From an uncultured Chloroflexia bacterium (GTDB lineage Bacteria > Chloroflexota > Limnocylindria > Limnocylindrales > CSP1-4), in contig CAWEYL010000001.1 of NCBI GenBank assembly GCA_963813335.1, positions 704,001 through 768,000 of the forward strand: a stretch of 64,000 nt of DNA, read 5' to 3'. A program made the translations under genes and the position numbers. The notes under the pieces were generated by a model. The model was not told the origin of the DNA, made no database searches, and worked only from the letters and a program-made list of their open reading frames with translations. Shown here piece by piece: positions 20,550 through 30,314 of this stretch (position 1 is the first letter of the stretch; every line of letters starts with the position of its first letter).

Positions 20550-21030
20550 AGTCTCATTCGACGTCGTGAGCGATTTCGACGAGCAGGAGCTGCGCAACGC
20601 GCTCGACCAGGTGCGCCGCGAGGTCCAGCAGCGCTACGACTTCAAGGGCGTGACGGTGGACCTGACGCAGGCCAAGGACGAGCTCGTCCTGGTGACCGAC
20701 GACGAGTACCGAGCCGCCGCGGTGAAGGACCTGATCGAGTCGAAGGCGATCCGGCGCAACCTGTCCCTGAAGATCTTCGACTGGGGGACCGTCGAGCCCG
20801 CCGGCGGGAACAAGGTCCGCCAGGCGATCAAGCTCCGGCGCGGCCTCGGCGAGGTCGTCGCCAAGCGGATCACGAAGCTGATCCGCGACGAGTTCCCGAA
20901 GGTCAAGTCGCAGATCCAGGGCGATGCCGTGCGCGTATCGGCCAAGAGCAAGGACGACCTCCAACGGGTCATCGCGCGCCTCCGCGAGCTCGACGAGCCG
21001 GTCCCGCTCCAGTTCGAGAACTACCGGTAG
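20539..21030 (+). CDS. yajQ: YajQ family nucleotide/c-di-GMP-binding protein
   Basis: SFDVVS, RYDFKG, QIQGDAVRVSAKSKDDLQ, LQFENYR. Confidence 0.95.
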   Translation: MAGEVSFDVVSDFDEQELRNALDQVRREVQQRYDFKGVTVDLTQAKDELVLVTDDEYRAAAVKDLIESKAIRRNLSLKIFDWGTVEPAGGNKVRQAIKLRRGLGEVVAKRITKLIRDEFPKVKSQIQGDAVRVSAKSKDDLQRVIARLRELDEPVPLQFENYR

Positions 21031-21037
21031 GTCCGGG

Positions 21038-21139
21038 ATGCCAGGAACGCGCCTCGCCCAGGCGGTGATGCTCCTCGTGGCGCTCGTGATGGTGCTGGGG
21101 CTGGTGCTCTCCGCCATCGCCGTCCCGCTGGCATACTGA
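21038..21139 (+). CDS. putative 33-aa single-pass membrane peptide
   Basis: MPGTRLAQAVMLLVALVMVLGLVLSAIAVPLAY; fills the gap between yajQ and the TPP enzyme gene; high GC3. Confidence 0.55.
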   Translation: MPGTRLAQAVMLLVALVMVLGLVLSAIAVPLAY

Positions 21140-21165
21140 CCCGCCGCACGAAAGACGACCCGACC

Positions 21166-23063
21166 ATGACCGAGCCCGATCCCGTCCTGCCGCTCGACGC
21201 CGAGCCGGCCGGCGATACCGCGGCGGTGGACGCCCCCACGGCAGCGCCGGCTGAGGCACCCACGCCCGGCCCGAGCCCGAGCCCGCGCCCGAGTCCGCGC
21301 CGGAGCCGGACGCTCCGGAGCCCGCCCCCGAGCCGGAGCCCGCGGAGTCCGCACCCGAGCCGGAGCCCGCACCCGAGCCGGAGCCCGCGCCCGAGGAACC
21401 GGCAGGACCGCGCACGGTCGGGCGGTTCATCGCGGACAGCCTGCGCGCGGCCGGCGTGCGCTACGCGTTCACCGTGCCCGGGGAGTCGTTCCTCGGGCTC
21501 CTCGACGCGTTCGCCGACGCCGGGATCCGGGTCGTCGCCACCCGCCACGAGGGCGGCGCCGCGTTCATGGCCGAGGCGCACGGGCAGCTGACCGGCCGCC
21601 CCGCCGCCAGCCTCGGGACCCGCGCGGTCGGCAGCGCGAACCTGGCGATCGGCATCCACACCGCCCGCCAGGACTCGAGTCCGATGTTCGCCCTGGTCGG
21701 CCAGGTCGAGCGCGCGTTCCAGGGCCGTGAGGCATTCCAGGAGATCGACCAGGTGGCCACCATCGGCGGCCTCGCCAAGTGGGCGGCCGAGCCGCGCCAG
21801 GCCGCCGATGTGCCGGGCGTGATGGCACAGGCGGTCCGCGAGGCGCTGTCCGGGCGGCCCGGGCCGGTGCTCCTCTCGCTCCCCGAAGACCTGCTCGACG
21901 AGGTCGTCCTCCTCGAGCGGGCCGAGGCGGACCGTCCGGGGGTGCCCCGACCCACGCCGGAGGAGCTGCGGACCGTCATCGACCTGCTGGCCAGCTCCCG
22001 CCGTCCGGTCATCCTCGCCGGCGGCGGCGTCCTGCGGGCCCGGACCTCGACCGAGCTGCTCCGGTTCGCCGAGCTGCTCCACGTGCCGGTCATCGCCGCG
22101 TGGCGCCGCGCCGACGTGATCTCCAACGACCACCCGCTGTACCTCGGCATGGCCGGGCTCGGGGCACCGCAGGCCGTGCGTCGGCGGCTCGACACGGCCG
22201 ACGCCATCCTCGTCATCGGCTCGCGGCTCAATGAGGCGACCAGCTACGGCTACACCGTGCCCGCCGAGGGGATCCCGTGGGCGTACGTGGACATCGAGCC
22301 GGGGCACGTCGCCGGGCCGGCACCCGCGACGGTGCGCGTGGTCTCGGATGCCCGGTCGTTCCTGAAGGCCGCCAACGAGCGGCTCCTCGCCGGCGCGGTG
22401 CTCGACGCCGAGCGGGTCGCGACCCGGGACGCGAACAACGCGGAGGACCGCGCCGCGTGGGAAGCCGCGACGATCGTGGACGCCACGCCGTGGGACGGCC
22501 CGGGCGTCCACCCGGGCCGCGTCATCACCACGCTCCGGCGGGTCCTCGCCGACGACGCCATCCTGACCACCGATGCCGGCAACTTCGGCGGCTGGGTGGC
22601 CCGCGGGTTCCGCTTCCGCCGGCCCGGGACCTTCCTCGGGCCGACGTCGGGGGCGATGGGCTACGGGCTGCCGGCCGCGATCACCGCGGCGCTCGTCCAT
22701 CGGGACCGCCAGGTCGTCGCGATGGTCGGCGACGGCGGACTGGCGATGACGATGGGCGAGCTCGAGACCGCGGTCCGCGAGGGCGCGCGGGTCGTCGTGG
22801 TCTGCTTCGACAACGAGCGCTACGGCACGATCCGCATGTGGCAGGAGCGGCGCGGCACGGGCCAGGGCGTCGCCACCGAGCTCGGGCCGTTCGATTTCGC
22901 GGCAGTCGCCCGGGCGGCCGGCGCGCGTGGGGTCCGGGTCGATGCGGACGCGGAGTTCGAAGGGGCGCTGCGGACGGCGCTGGCCGCCGATCGACCGACG
23001 GTCATCCAGCTCGCGCTCGACCGTCGTTGGGTGTCGGTGGACGACCCCGCGACGCCCGAGTGA
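21166..23063 (+). CDS. thiamine pyrophosphate-binding enzyme (acetolactate synthase-like) with Pro/Glu-rich N-terminal extension; indel near 21268
   Basis: VPGESFL, RHEGGAAFMAEA, GAMGYGLPAA, GDGG...N TPP motif; the catalytic frame has no upstream start unless joined to ATG 21166. Confidence 0.88.
21270..21395 (+). repeat. imperfect tandem repeat CCCGAGCCGGAGCCCGC encoding PEPEPA
   Basis: Repeated 6- to 18-nt units visible in the sequence. Confidence 0.75.
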
Positions 23064-23419
23064 CCCGCCGGACGTTCCACCTTGCCCCGGTCGAGGCCTG
23101 GACGGCTGCGGTCGCCGGGTTCGCCGACGGCCGGGGCTACGAGGCGGCATCCCTTGCGACCGAGGGATTCATCCACTGCACCGATGGCGTCGAGGCGCTC
23201 GGGGCGACCTTCGACCGCTACTACGCCGTCGATCCGCGCGCGTTCGTCGCCTTGACCGTCGACCTCGACGCGCTCGACGTCCCGTGGCGCTACGACGTCG
23301 CGGATTCGCCGTACCCGCACATCTACGGCCCGATCCCGGTCGGCGCGGTCCTGCGCGTCCAGGCCGTCGAGCGAGCCGCCGACGGGCGGTTCGACGGCCT
23401 CGGGGAGACCGTCGCCTAG
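23060..23419 (+). CDS. DUF952 domain protein
   Basis: SLATEGFIHCT and YPHIYGPIP motifs; GTGA overlap. Confidence 0.88.
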   Translation: MTRRTFHLAPVEAWTAAVAGFADGRGYEAASLATEGFIHCTDGVEALGATFDRYYAVDPRAFVALTVDLDALDVPWRYDVADSPYPHIYGPIPVGAVLRVQAVERAADGRFDGLGETVA

Positions 23420-23430
23420 CGACGACGCCG

Positions 23431-23772
23431 TCAGCGGCTGACGGGCAGGTCCGTCTTCTCGCGCAGGTGGAACGACACCCCGTACACCTGGCCGGTCTCG
23501 GGATCGACGCGCGGGGCCGCGGTCATCCGCCACGCCTCGTCGTCGCGGTCGATCCAGCGCGCCAGCGGCTTGCCGCCGACGAAGACCGCGTCCAGCAGCT
23601 CGAACGCCGCCGCCGGGAGGCCCAGGATGCCCTCGCGGGCCGGCAGGCCGACGGAGACGTCCCCGAACGCCGCGCGCAGCGCCGGGTTGCCGTACACCAC
23701 CATGTGACCAGCGCCGACGCACATGCCGGCCGGTCGCTGCGGCTCGGACGCGCCGCGGCGGGCCCCCGTCAC
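23431..23772 (-). CDS. stand-alone PAS-fold-like protein
   Basis: GAGHMVVYGNPALRAAFG..GLPARE...LLDAVFVGGKP resembles PAS_4; GTGA overlap with the upstream methyltransferase. Confidence 0.55.
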   Translation of the reverse strand: MTGARRGASEPQRPAGMCVGAGHMVVYGNPALRAAFGDVSVGLPAREGILGLPAAAFELLDAVFVGGKPLARWIDRDDEAWRMTAAPRVDPETGQVYGVSFHLREKTDLPVSR

Positions 23773-24632
23773 CGCTCGCCCCTGGTCGCGACGACCGAGA
23801 ACGAGAGGGGGATGCGGCCGCGATCCTCGTCGCGGACGTCGCCGTGGCCGCCCCACCAGTCGACGGGATGCTCGGCGACCGCCTCCAGGCGCAGTCCGGC
23901 ACGCAGCATCGCCGTGATGACCTCGCCGAGCGTCCAGGCCCGGGCGAACTTCCAGCTCTGGTCGTCATCGTCGATCGAGAGGTGGTCGATGTAGCCGGGT
24001 GCCCAGCCCTTGGACGCCTCGGGCCCGGCGAAGTAGTCGTAGTCGGTGGCGATCCAGCGCCCCTCGTCGTCGACGTCGAACAGCCACTCGGCCGGGTGTC
24101 CCTCGAACAGCACGAGACGGCCCGCCGGGGCGAGCAGCCGGACCAGCACCGCCGCCCACGCGTCGAGGTCCTGGAGCCAGATCAGCGAGCCACGCCCCGT
24201 GTAGAGCAGGTCGGCCGTGCCGTCCAGCTCGTGCGGGGTGTGCAGGACGTCCGCCTCGAGCCAGCGCGCCGGCGCGCCGACCGCGCTCGACAGCCGCGTC
24301 GCGAGCTCGAGCATCCTGGGGCTGATGTCGACGCCGACGACCTCCTCGGCACCGAGGTTCCAGAGCGAGAGGCTGTCGCGCCCGCCGGCGCACTGGAGGT
24401 GGATCGCCCGGCGGCAGCGGCCGTGCAGGTCGCCGATGAGCTCCTCCTCGACCGGGAACAGGTTCGAGCCGCCCGAGCGGATCAGCTCGATCGCCTCGGG
24501 CAGCCAGCCCTCGTAGCGTTCGGCTGCCTCGTCCCACGCCGCGCGGTTGGCGGCGTGCATCAGCGCGACATCGGCCCGCTCCTCGGGCGTCGCTGGACGG
24601 ACATGGTCGTGCTCGCGGTCGTCGGCGGTCAT
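23769..24632 (-). CDS. class I SAM-dependent methyltransferase
   Basis: HLQCAGGRD, VGVDIS, LAPAGRLVLFEGHP. Confidence 0.88.
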   Translation of the reverse strand: MTADDREHDHVRPATPEERADVALMHAANRAAWDEAAERYEGWLPEAIELIRSGGSNLFPVEEELIGDLHGRCRRAIHLQCAGGRDSLSLWNLGAEEVVGVDISPRMLELATRLSSAVGAPARWLEADVLHTPHELDGTADLLYTGRGSLIWLQDLDAWAAVLVRLLAPAGRLVLFEGHPAEWLFDVDDEGRWIATDYDYFAGPEASKGWAPGYIDHLSIDDDDQSWKFARAWTLGEVITAMLRAGLRLEAVAEHPVDWWGGHGDVRDEDRGRIPLSFSVVATRGER

Positions 24633-24685
24633 GCCCCGGCATCCTAGCCGGTCGGCGCGGGGTGCCGGATGCTATCGTCGAGGCG

Positions 24686-25918
24686 ATGGCCATCGAGATC
24701 CGCCGGGTCCGCCCGGACGAGCTGGGCGAGAGCGTCGAGGCGCTGACGGCGGCCTTCCTCGAGCGCCCGCGCATCGACGACGTCGTCGCGGAGCTGAGCC
24801 CCCACTGGGACCTCGACCGCGTCTGGATCGCCCGCGACGAGACGCGCGTGTGCGGCACGTTCCGCTCCTGGGCGACCGAGATCACCGTCCCCGGCGGTGC
24901 GCGCCTGCCGGCGGCGGCCGTCTCCGGCGTGACGGTGCTCCCGACCCACCGACGACGCGGGATCCTGCGCTCGATGGTGGCCGCGGAGCACGCTGCGATC
25001 CGCGAGCGCGGCGAGGTGATGGGCTTGCTCCACGCGGCCGAGTACCCCATCTACGGCCGCTTCGGCTACGGCCCCGGCACGCTCGAGGCGACGTGGACGC
25101 TCGACACGCGGACCGCGACGGTCGTCCGCCCGGCGACGGGGCGGGTGGCGTACGTGAAGCCCGGGCCGGAGAGCCTGGCGGCGATCCGCGACGTCTACGA
25201 GCGATACCGCGAGGGGCAGCCCGGCGAGATCCGCCGGCTCGACTACCGCTGGGAGGGCGAGCTCGGGCTGACGCCGGCCGTCTGGGGACCGACGTGGAAC
25301 GGGTTCCTGGTCCTCCATCACGACGAGGCCGACGCGGTCGACGGCTACGCCCGGTTCACCCGGAGCGAGGACCGCTGGGACGGGAACCGTCCGAACAACG
25401 TCCTCACCCTCGACGAGCTGCACGCGCTCACGACCGACGCCTACGCCACGCTCTGGCGGTTCCTCGCCGAGATGGACTGGGTCGGCAGCGTGAAGGCGCC
25501 GCGCCGGGCGCGTGAGGAGCGGCTGCCATGGCTGCTGGGGGACGCGCGCGACGCCCAGCTGACCGACCTGACCGACGGGATGTGGGTGCGCCTCTTCGAC
25601 GTCGCGGCGGCGCTCGGTGCGCGGACGTATGCGCATGAAGGACGCCTGGTCATCGAGGTCGTCGACGCGGAGCGTGCGGCGGGGCGCTACCGCGTCCGCC
25701 TGGATGCCGGCCCGGACGGCGCCACCTGCGTCGAGACGACCGAGGCAGCCGACCTGACCGTCCCGATCGAGGCGCTCGGGGCCGCGTACCTCGGCGGCGC
25801 GAGCCTTCGCAGCGCGGTCCTCGCCGGCGGCGCCGACGAGCACCGCTCGGGCGCGCTCGCGTCGCTCGATCGTCTCCTGCGCACGCTCGACGAACCGTGG
25901 AGCTCGACCTTCTTCTAG
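24686..25918 (+). CDS. Eis-family GNAT acetyltransferase with SCP2-like C-terminus
   Basis: VTVLPTHRRRGIL, IYGRFGYG, LGAAYLGG, C-terminal ...TFF. Confidence 0.9.
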   Translation: MAIEIRRVRPDELGESVEALTAAFLERPRIDDVVAELSPHWDLDRVWIARDETRVCGTFRSWATEITVPGGARLPAAAVSGVTVLPTHRRRGILRSMVAAEHAAIRERGEVMGLLHAAEYPIYGRFGYGPGTLEATWTLDTRTATVVRPATGRVAYVKPGPESLAAIRDVYERYREGQPGEIRRLDYRWEGELGLTPAVWGPTWNGFLVLHHDEADAVDGYARFTRSEDRWDGNRPNNVLTLDELHALTTDAYATLWRFLAEMDWVGSVKAPRRAREERLPWLLGDARDAQLTDLTDGMWVRLFDVAAALGARTYAHEGRLVIEVVDAERAAGRYRVRLDAGPDGATCVETTEAADLTVPIEALGAAYLGGASLRSAVLAGGADEHRSGALASLDRLLRTLDEPWSSTFF

Positions 25919-25969
25919 GAGCCGCGGTTCATGCCACGTTCCGACCGGACCGCGCGCGATGATGGCCGC

Positions 25970-26404
25970 ATGGACACGATCCCACCTGAGGCGCTGCTCG
26001 CCTTCTATCCGGCCCCGATCCGCTTGGTCGCCGAGACGCTGCGCACGGTCGTCCGCCGCGCCCTGCCCGATTCCATCGAGGCGGTCCGGCCCGGTTGGCG
26101 GCTGATCGGATACGACATCCCGTCCGGGCGCAAGACCGCGTTCTGCGCGTTCGTGTGGGCGGAGCAGGAGCACGTCCACCTCGGCTTCCAGTACGGCGTC
26201 TTCATGCACGACCCGGACCGCGACCTCGAAGGGGAGGGCATCACCCAGCGTGCCCGCTGGCTCACCTTCGAGCCCGGCGACCCGATCGACGAGCTGCGGA
26301 TCGCGACCCTGGTCCGCGAGGCGGCCCGCATCACGCGCCTGTCCCGCGAGCAGCGATTCGCGGCACTCCTCGACCAGCCGGACCCGATAGCATCGGGCGG
26401 GTGA
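25970..26404 (+). CDS. DUF1801-like protein
   Basis: GWRLIGY, HVHLGFQYG..DPDRDLEG motifs. Confidence 0.75.
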   Translation: MDTIPPEALLAFYPAPIRLVAETLRTVVRRALPDSIEAVRPGWRLIGYDIPSGRKTAFCAFVWAEQEHVHLGFQYGVFMHDPDRDLEGEGITQRARWLTFEPGDPIDELRIATLVREAARITRLSREQRFAALLDQPDPIASGG

Positions 26405-27606
26405 CCGACTCACCTCGTCGATGGCCGCCCGCGGCCGGTTTCCTCGGTGCCGCGTCGTACCTGCTCATCGGCTGGAGCGGCCTGCTGATCCCGTCGCTGA
26501 TCCGCTCGGTGAAGGAGGGCTTCGACCAGTCCGACGCGGGGATCGGCCTCTTCTACTTCGTCTACGCCCTGGTCTACGCCGCGGGCGCGCTCGGCGGCGG
26601 GCTGCTCACCGAGCGCGTCGGACGGCGGACCGTGCTGTCGCTCGGAGCCGTCCTCCACGGGGTCGGGCTGATCGCGCTGGGCGTCGCTCCGTCTTGGGCC
26701 GTCTTCCTGCTGGCTGCGCTGCCCGCGGGCCTCGGGGTCGGCGTGCTCGACGGCGGCGGCAATGGCCTGTTCCTCGACCTGTTCAGGACCGAGCGCGGCC
26801 GCGCCCTGAACCTCCTCCACCTGTGCTTCAGCCTCGGGGCCCTGACGGCACCCCTCGTGGTCGGCAGACTCATCGAGGGCGGCGCGGCGTGGCAGGCCAT
26901 CCTCGTCGGGACTGGCGTGGCGGCGATCGCCGTGGGGGTCTTGTTCGCGATCGTGTCGATGCCGTCCGGGCGCCGCAGCGCGGGAGCGGGAGCCACGGCT
27001 GTCGACGCGGATGGCGCCCCGCTGGCACAGGGGCGCCGCCGCGTGCCGACGCCGCTGCTCCTGCTCGGGGTCGCGATCGCCTGCTACGTGGCCTCGGAGG
27101 TCGGCGTCTCCAACTGGCTGGTCCGGTTCCTCGAGCCAGCGCCGCTGACGCAGGCTACGACGGCGCTCGCGCTCTTCTGGGGCGGGCTCGCGCTCGGACG
27201 GCTGACCGCGGCGCGCTTGGCCGACCGCTACGACCACACCCGGTTCGCGATCGCCTCGGCCGCCGCGACCGGGGTCGTGCTCATCGGCGCGATCCTCATC
27301 CCGTCGCTGTCGGTCTCGATCGCCCTCTTCGCGCTCGCCGGGTTCGTGACCGGGCCGGTGTTCCCGATGATCATCGTCATCGGCGGCGACCGCTACCCGC
27401 AGCGCTCGTCGGCCGTGTCCGGCTTCCTCGGCGGGTCCGCGGTGGTGGGCTCGATCGTCTACCCCCCGGTCATGGGCTTCCTGTCGGTGGCCGTGGGCCT
27501 CACAGCGGCGATGCTCGGCACCGTCGTCCTCGCGTTCGCCTGCGCCGGCGCCCTGCTGCTGGTGAGCCGGCAACCGGCCGACGAGCCGGTACCCGCGGGC
27601 GGGTAG
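26401..27606 (+). CDS. MFS transporter (FucP/TsgA-like)
   Basis: About 12 hydrophobic segments; LTERVGRR and ASEVGVSNW motifs. Confidence 0.9.
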   Translation: MTDSPRRWPPAAGFLGAASYLLIGWSGLLIPSLIRSVKEGFDQSDAGIGLFYFVYALVYAAGALGGGLLTERVGRRTVLSLGAVLHGVGLIALGVAPSWAVFLLAALPAGLGVGVLDGGGNGLFLDLFRTERGRALNLLHLCFSLGALTAPLVVGRLIEGGAAWQAILVGTGVAAIAVGVLFAIVSMPSGRRSAGAGATAVDADGAPLAQGRRRVPTPLLLLGVAIACYVASEVGVSNWLVRFLEPAPLTQATTALALFWGGLALGRLTAARLADRYDHTRFAIASAAATGVVLIGAILIPSLSVSIALFALAGFVTGPVFPMIIVIGGDRYPQRSSAVSGFLGGSAVVGSIVYPPVMGFLSVAVGLTAAMLGTVVLAFACAGALLLVSRQPADEPVPAGG

Positions 27607-27616
27607 ACTCGGCGCG

Positions 27617-28066
27617 ATGCGGTTTCGAACGACGATCCTGGGCACCGGCAAGAACGCCGCCGGCATCGAGATCCCGGACGAGGTCGTCGTCGCGCTCGGC
27701 AAGGGCAAGCGGCCCCCGGTCCGGATCACCATCAACGGCTACAGCTACCGCAACACGGTCGCGGTGATGGGCGGCGTCTTCATGGTCGGCGTGAGCGCCG
27801 AGCATCGCGCCGCAGCAGGCCTGGCCGCCGGCGACGAGGTCGACGTGGACATCGAGCTCGACACCGCGCCCCGCGAGCTCGCCGTGCCCGAGGACTTCGC
27901 CATGGCGCTCGACGCGGACCCCGAGGCCAGGCGCACCTTCGATGCCTTGTCATACAGCAATCGCTCCTGGCACGTCCTCTCGATCGAGGGTGCCAAGACC
28001 GCGGAGACCCGCCAGCGGCGGATCGAGAAGTCCATCGCCACCCTGCACGAGGGACGACCCCGATGA
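27617..28066 (+). CDS. DUF1905 + YdeI/OmpD-associated protein
   Basis: KRPPVRITING, VPEDFA..FDALSYS, AKTAETRQRRIEK. Confidence 0.9.
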   Translation: MRFRTTILGTGKNAAGIEIPDEVVVALGKGKRPPVRITINGYSYRNTVAVMGGVFMVGVSAEHRAAAGLAAGDEVDVDIELDTAPRELAVPEDFAMALDADPEARRTFDALSYSNRSWHVLSIEGAKTAETRQRRIEKSIATLHEGRPR

Positions 28067-29424
28067 TCACGACCGATGAGGCCCGGGCCGCCTTCCCGGG
28101 TGGCTGGATCCTGCCCGGCGACGCCGACTACGACGAGGCGCGCTCCACCTTCAACGGCACGATCGACCGGCGCCCGGCGGTCGTGATCCGCCCGACCACC
28201 ACCGAGGAGGTGTCCGCGGCGGTCCGCTGGGCCCGGAGCGAGGAGCTTGCCATCGCGATACGCGGCGGCGGCCACAACGTCGCGGGTCACGCCACCGCGG
28301 ACGACGCGGCCGTGATCGACCTGCGCCACATGCGGGAGGTCGTCGTGGACCCGGAGCGCCGTCGCGCGCGGGTGGGCGGGGGCGCGATCTGGAACGACGT
28401 GGACGCGGCCACGGTGCCCCACGGGCTCGCGATGACCGGCGGCACCTTCGGCGACACCGGTGTCGGAGGGCTGGCCCTTAACGGCGGCCTGGGGTTCCTG
28501 ATGGGCACGAACGGGTTCACCTGCGACCACCTGATGCGCGCCGAGGTGGTGACGGCCGATGGATCGATCGTCATCGCCGGCGAGGGTGGCGATCCGGACC
28601 TGCTCTGGGCGCTCCGTGGCGGTGGCGGCAACTTCGGGATCGTGACGACGTTCGAGTTCGCCCTGCATCCCGTCGGCCTGCTCCACTCCGGGTACCTGAC
28701 CTATCCGATCGAGGCGGCACGCGACGTCCTGGAAGGCGTGGCCGCGCTGGCCGCGGTGATGCCGCGCGAGATGGTCCTGTTCGTGACGGGCCCGCACCTG
28801 CCGGACGACGACCCCACGCCCGGCGGTCCGCTGACCATGAGCGTCACGGTCGTCTTCCAGGGATCGGCGGAGGACGGCGACGCGCTGTGCGCGCCGTTGC
28901 GCGCCATCGGACCCGTCGAGGACGACATCGGCCCGAAGAGCTATCTCGACGTCCAGGCCGCCAGCGGCCAGCTGCCGTTCGGCCTGCGGCACTACTGGAA
29001 GGGCCACTTCGTCCGCGGGCTGGACGCCGAGGTGATCGATGCGACGCTCGACGCGATGGCGTCGCGGCCGGGCGTGGTCTCCTTCGTGCTCATCGAGGCC
29101 ATCAGCGGCCGGGCACACGACGAGCCGCCAGGTGGCGCGGCGTTCGGCCAGCGCGCGGCGGGCTGGAACATCAGCGGGATCGCGATCTGGGAGGACCCGG
29201 CCGAGGACGCCGAGCAGATCGCCTGGACGCGGCGCTACGCGGACGCCCTGCTGCCGGCGTCGTTCAGCGGGGCGGGCTACGCGAACTACGCCCCCGTGGA
29301 CGAGACACCCGACCGGGTGCGCGCGGCCTTCGGTGACGAGCGCTACCGCCGGCTCGAGGCGATCAAGCGCCGCTACGACCCGGACAACGTCTTCCGCTAC
29401 AACCTGAACATCAAGCCGGGCTAG
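28063..29424 (+). CDS. FAD-linked oxidoreductase (VAO/BBE family)
   Basis: RGGGHNVAG, WALRGGGGNFGIVT, KRRYDPDNVF. Confidence 0.92.
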   Translation: MITTDEARAAFPGGWILPGDADYDEARSTFNGTIDRRPAVVIRPTTTEEVSAAVRWARSEELAIAIRGGGHNVAGHATADDAAVIDLRHMREVVVDPERRRARVGGGAIWNDVDAATVPHGLAMTGGTFGDTGVGGLALNGGLGFLMGTNGFTCDHLMRAEVVTADGSIVIAGEGGDPDLLWALRGGGGNFGIVTTFEFALHPVGLLHSGYLTYPIEAARDVLEGVAALAAVMPREMVLFVTGPHLPDDDPTPGGPLTMSVTVVFQGSAEDGDALCAPLRAIGPVEDDIGPKSYLDVQAASGQLPFGLRHYWKGHFVRGLDAEVIDATLDAMASRPGVVSFVLIEAISGRAHDEPPGGAAFGQRAAGWNISGIAIWEDPAEDAEQIAWTRRYADALLPASFSGAGYANYAPVDETPDRVRAAFGDERYRRLEAIKRRYDPDNVFRYNLNIKPG

Positions 29425-29852
29425 CCGGCGTCCGGGGTCCTCGTCTCCGGCTTCCTCGCGTCGGTCCCCGGGATGCCGCGCTCGGTCAGGGCCGCGCCGA
29501 GGCCCTCGAGGTCGTCGACGGTGACGTACAGCGCCGGGATCCGGAAGGGTCCGAAATGGACCTGCTCCCGGAAGTCCAGTCGCACGCCGCCATGCGGCGA
29601 TCCGCCGAAGGTCACGTCGCCGTGGCGGATGCTGCGGCGCACGCCGATGGCCGTGACCCACCGCCACGGACCCTCGATCCGCCACGAGGAGATGTTGGTG
29701 ATCGAGGTCCGGATGGACGAGGCGCCGAACCGCGCGTCCAGCACGCCGCCGTCGATGTCGACATAGGCCGTCTCCGGGCCGGTGACCCCGAACAGCCGCA
29801 GGAGCGGCTTCGAGCGGGCGCCGAGCCGGATCGGGAACGTCTGAGGGGTCAC
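29421..29852 (-). CDS. hypothetical protein (possibly PH-like)
   Basis: Codon-consistent ORF with TAGGCT -10 box 6 nt upstream of GTG. Confidence 0.7.
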   Translation of the reverse strand: MTPQTFPIRLGARSKPLLRLFGVTGPETAYVDIDGGVLDARFGASSIRTSITNISSWRIEGPWRWVTAIGVRRSIRHGDVTFGGSPHGGVRLDFREQVHFGPFRIPALYVTVDDLEGLGAALTERGIPGTDARKPETRTPDAG

Positions 29853-29910
29853 CCGCGGAGCCTAGCGCGGCCGGCTTGGCGGCGTCGGGGAGGTACGATG
29901 GCCCGACCCC

Positions 29911-30300
29911 ATGTTCGAGCAGCTGGACTACGTGTACATGCCGAGCCGCGACGTCGCTGCCGACGTCGCCTGGTTCACCGAGGTCCTGGGCGGGCGGCTG
30001 GTCTTCGCGATCGACGGGATGGGGACCCGGGTCGCGATGCTCGAGCTCAGCGATGGCCCGCCGCAGCTCTTGCTGGCCGGCCATCTCGAGGGCGACGTGC
30101 CGGTCCTCGTCTATCGCGTGGGCGACCTCGATGCCGCCGCCCGCGACCTCGCCTCGCGCGGCTGGGCAGAGGATCACGCCCTCGAGATCCCGCAGGGACC
30201 CGTGCGCGCGTTCGTCGGGCCCGGCGGCCATCGCCTCGCGATCTACCAGCTCACCCGGCCGGGCGTCGTCGAGACGTTCGCCGGGCGCCGCGACTTCTGA
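29911..30300 (+). CDS. VOC/glyoxalase family protein
   Basis: LDYVYMPSRDVAAD..WF and PGGHRLAIYQ motifs. Confidence 0.8.
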   Translation: MFEQLDYVYMPSRDVAADVAWFTEVLGGRLVFAIDGMGTRVAMLELSDGPPQLLLAGHLEGDVPVLVYRVGDLDAAARDLASRGWAEDHALEIPQGPVRAFVGPGGHRLAIYQLTRPGVVETFAGRRDF

Positions 30301-30314
30301 GCACGGACCGCCCT

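Noticed and set aside
21270-21395. Repeats as a CRISPR array
   Set aside because: Short, codon-periodic repeats with no unique spacers and no cas genes.
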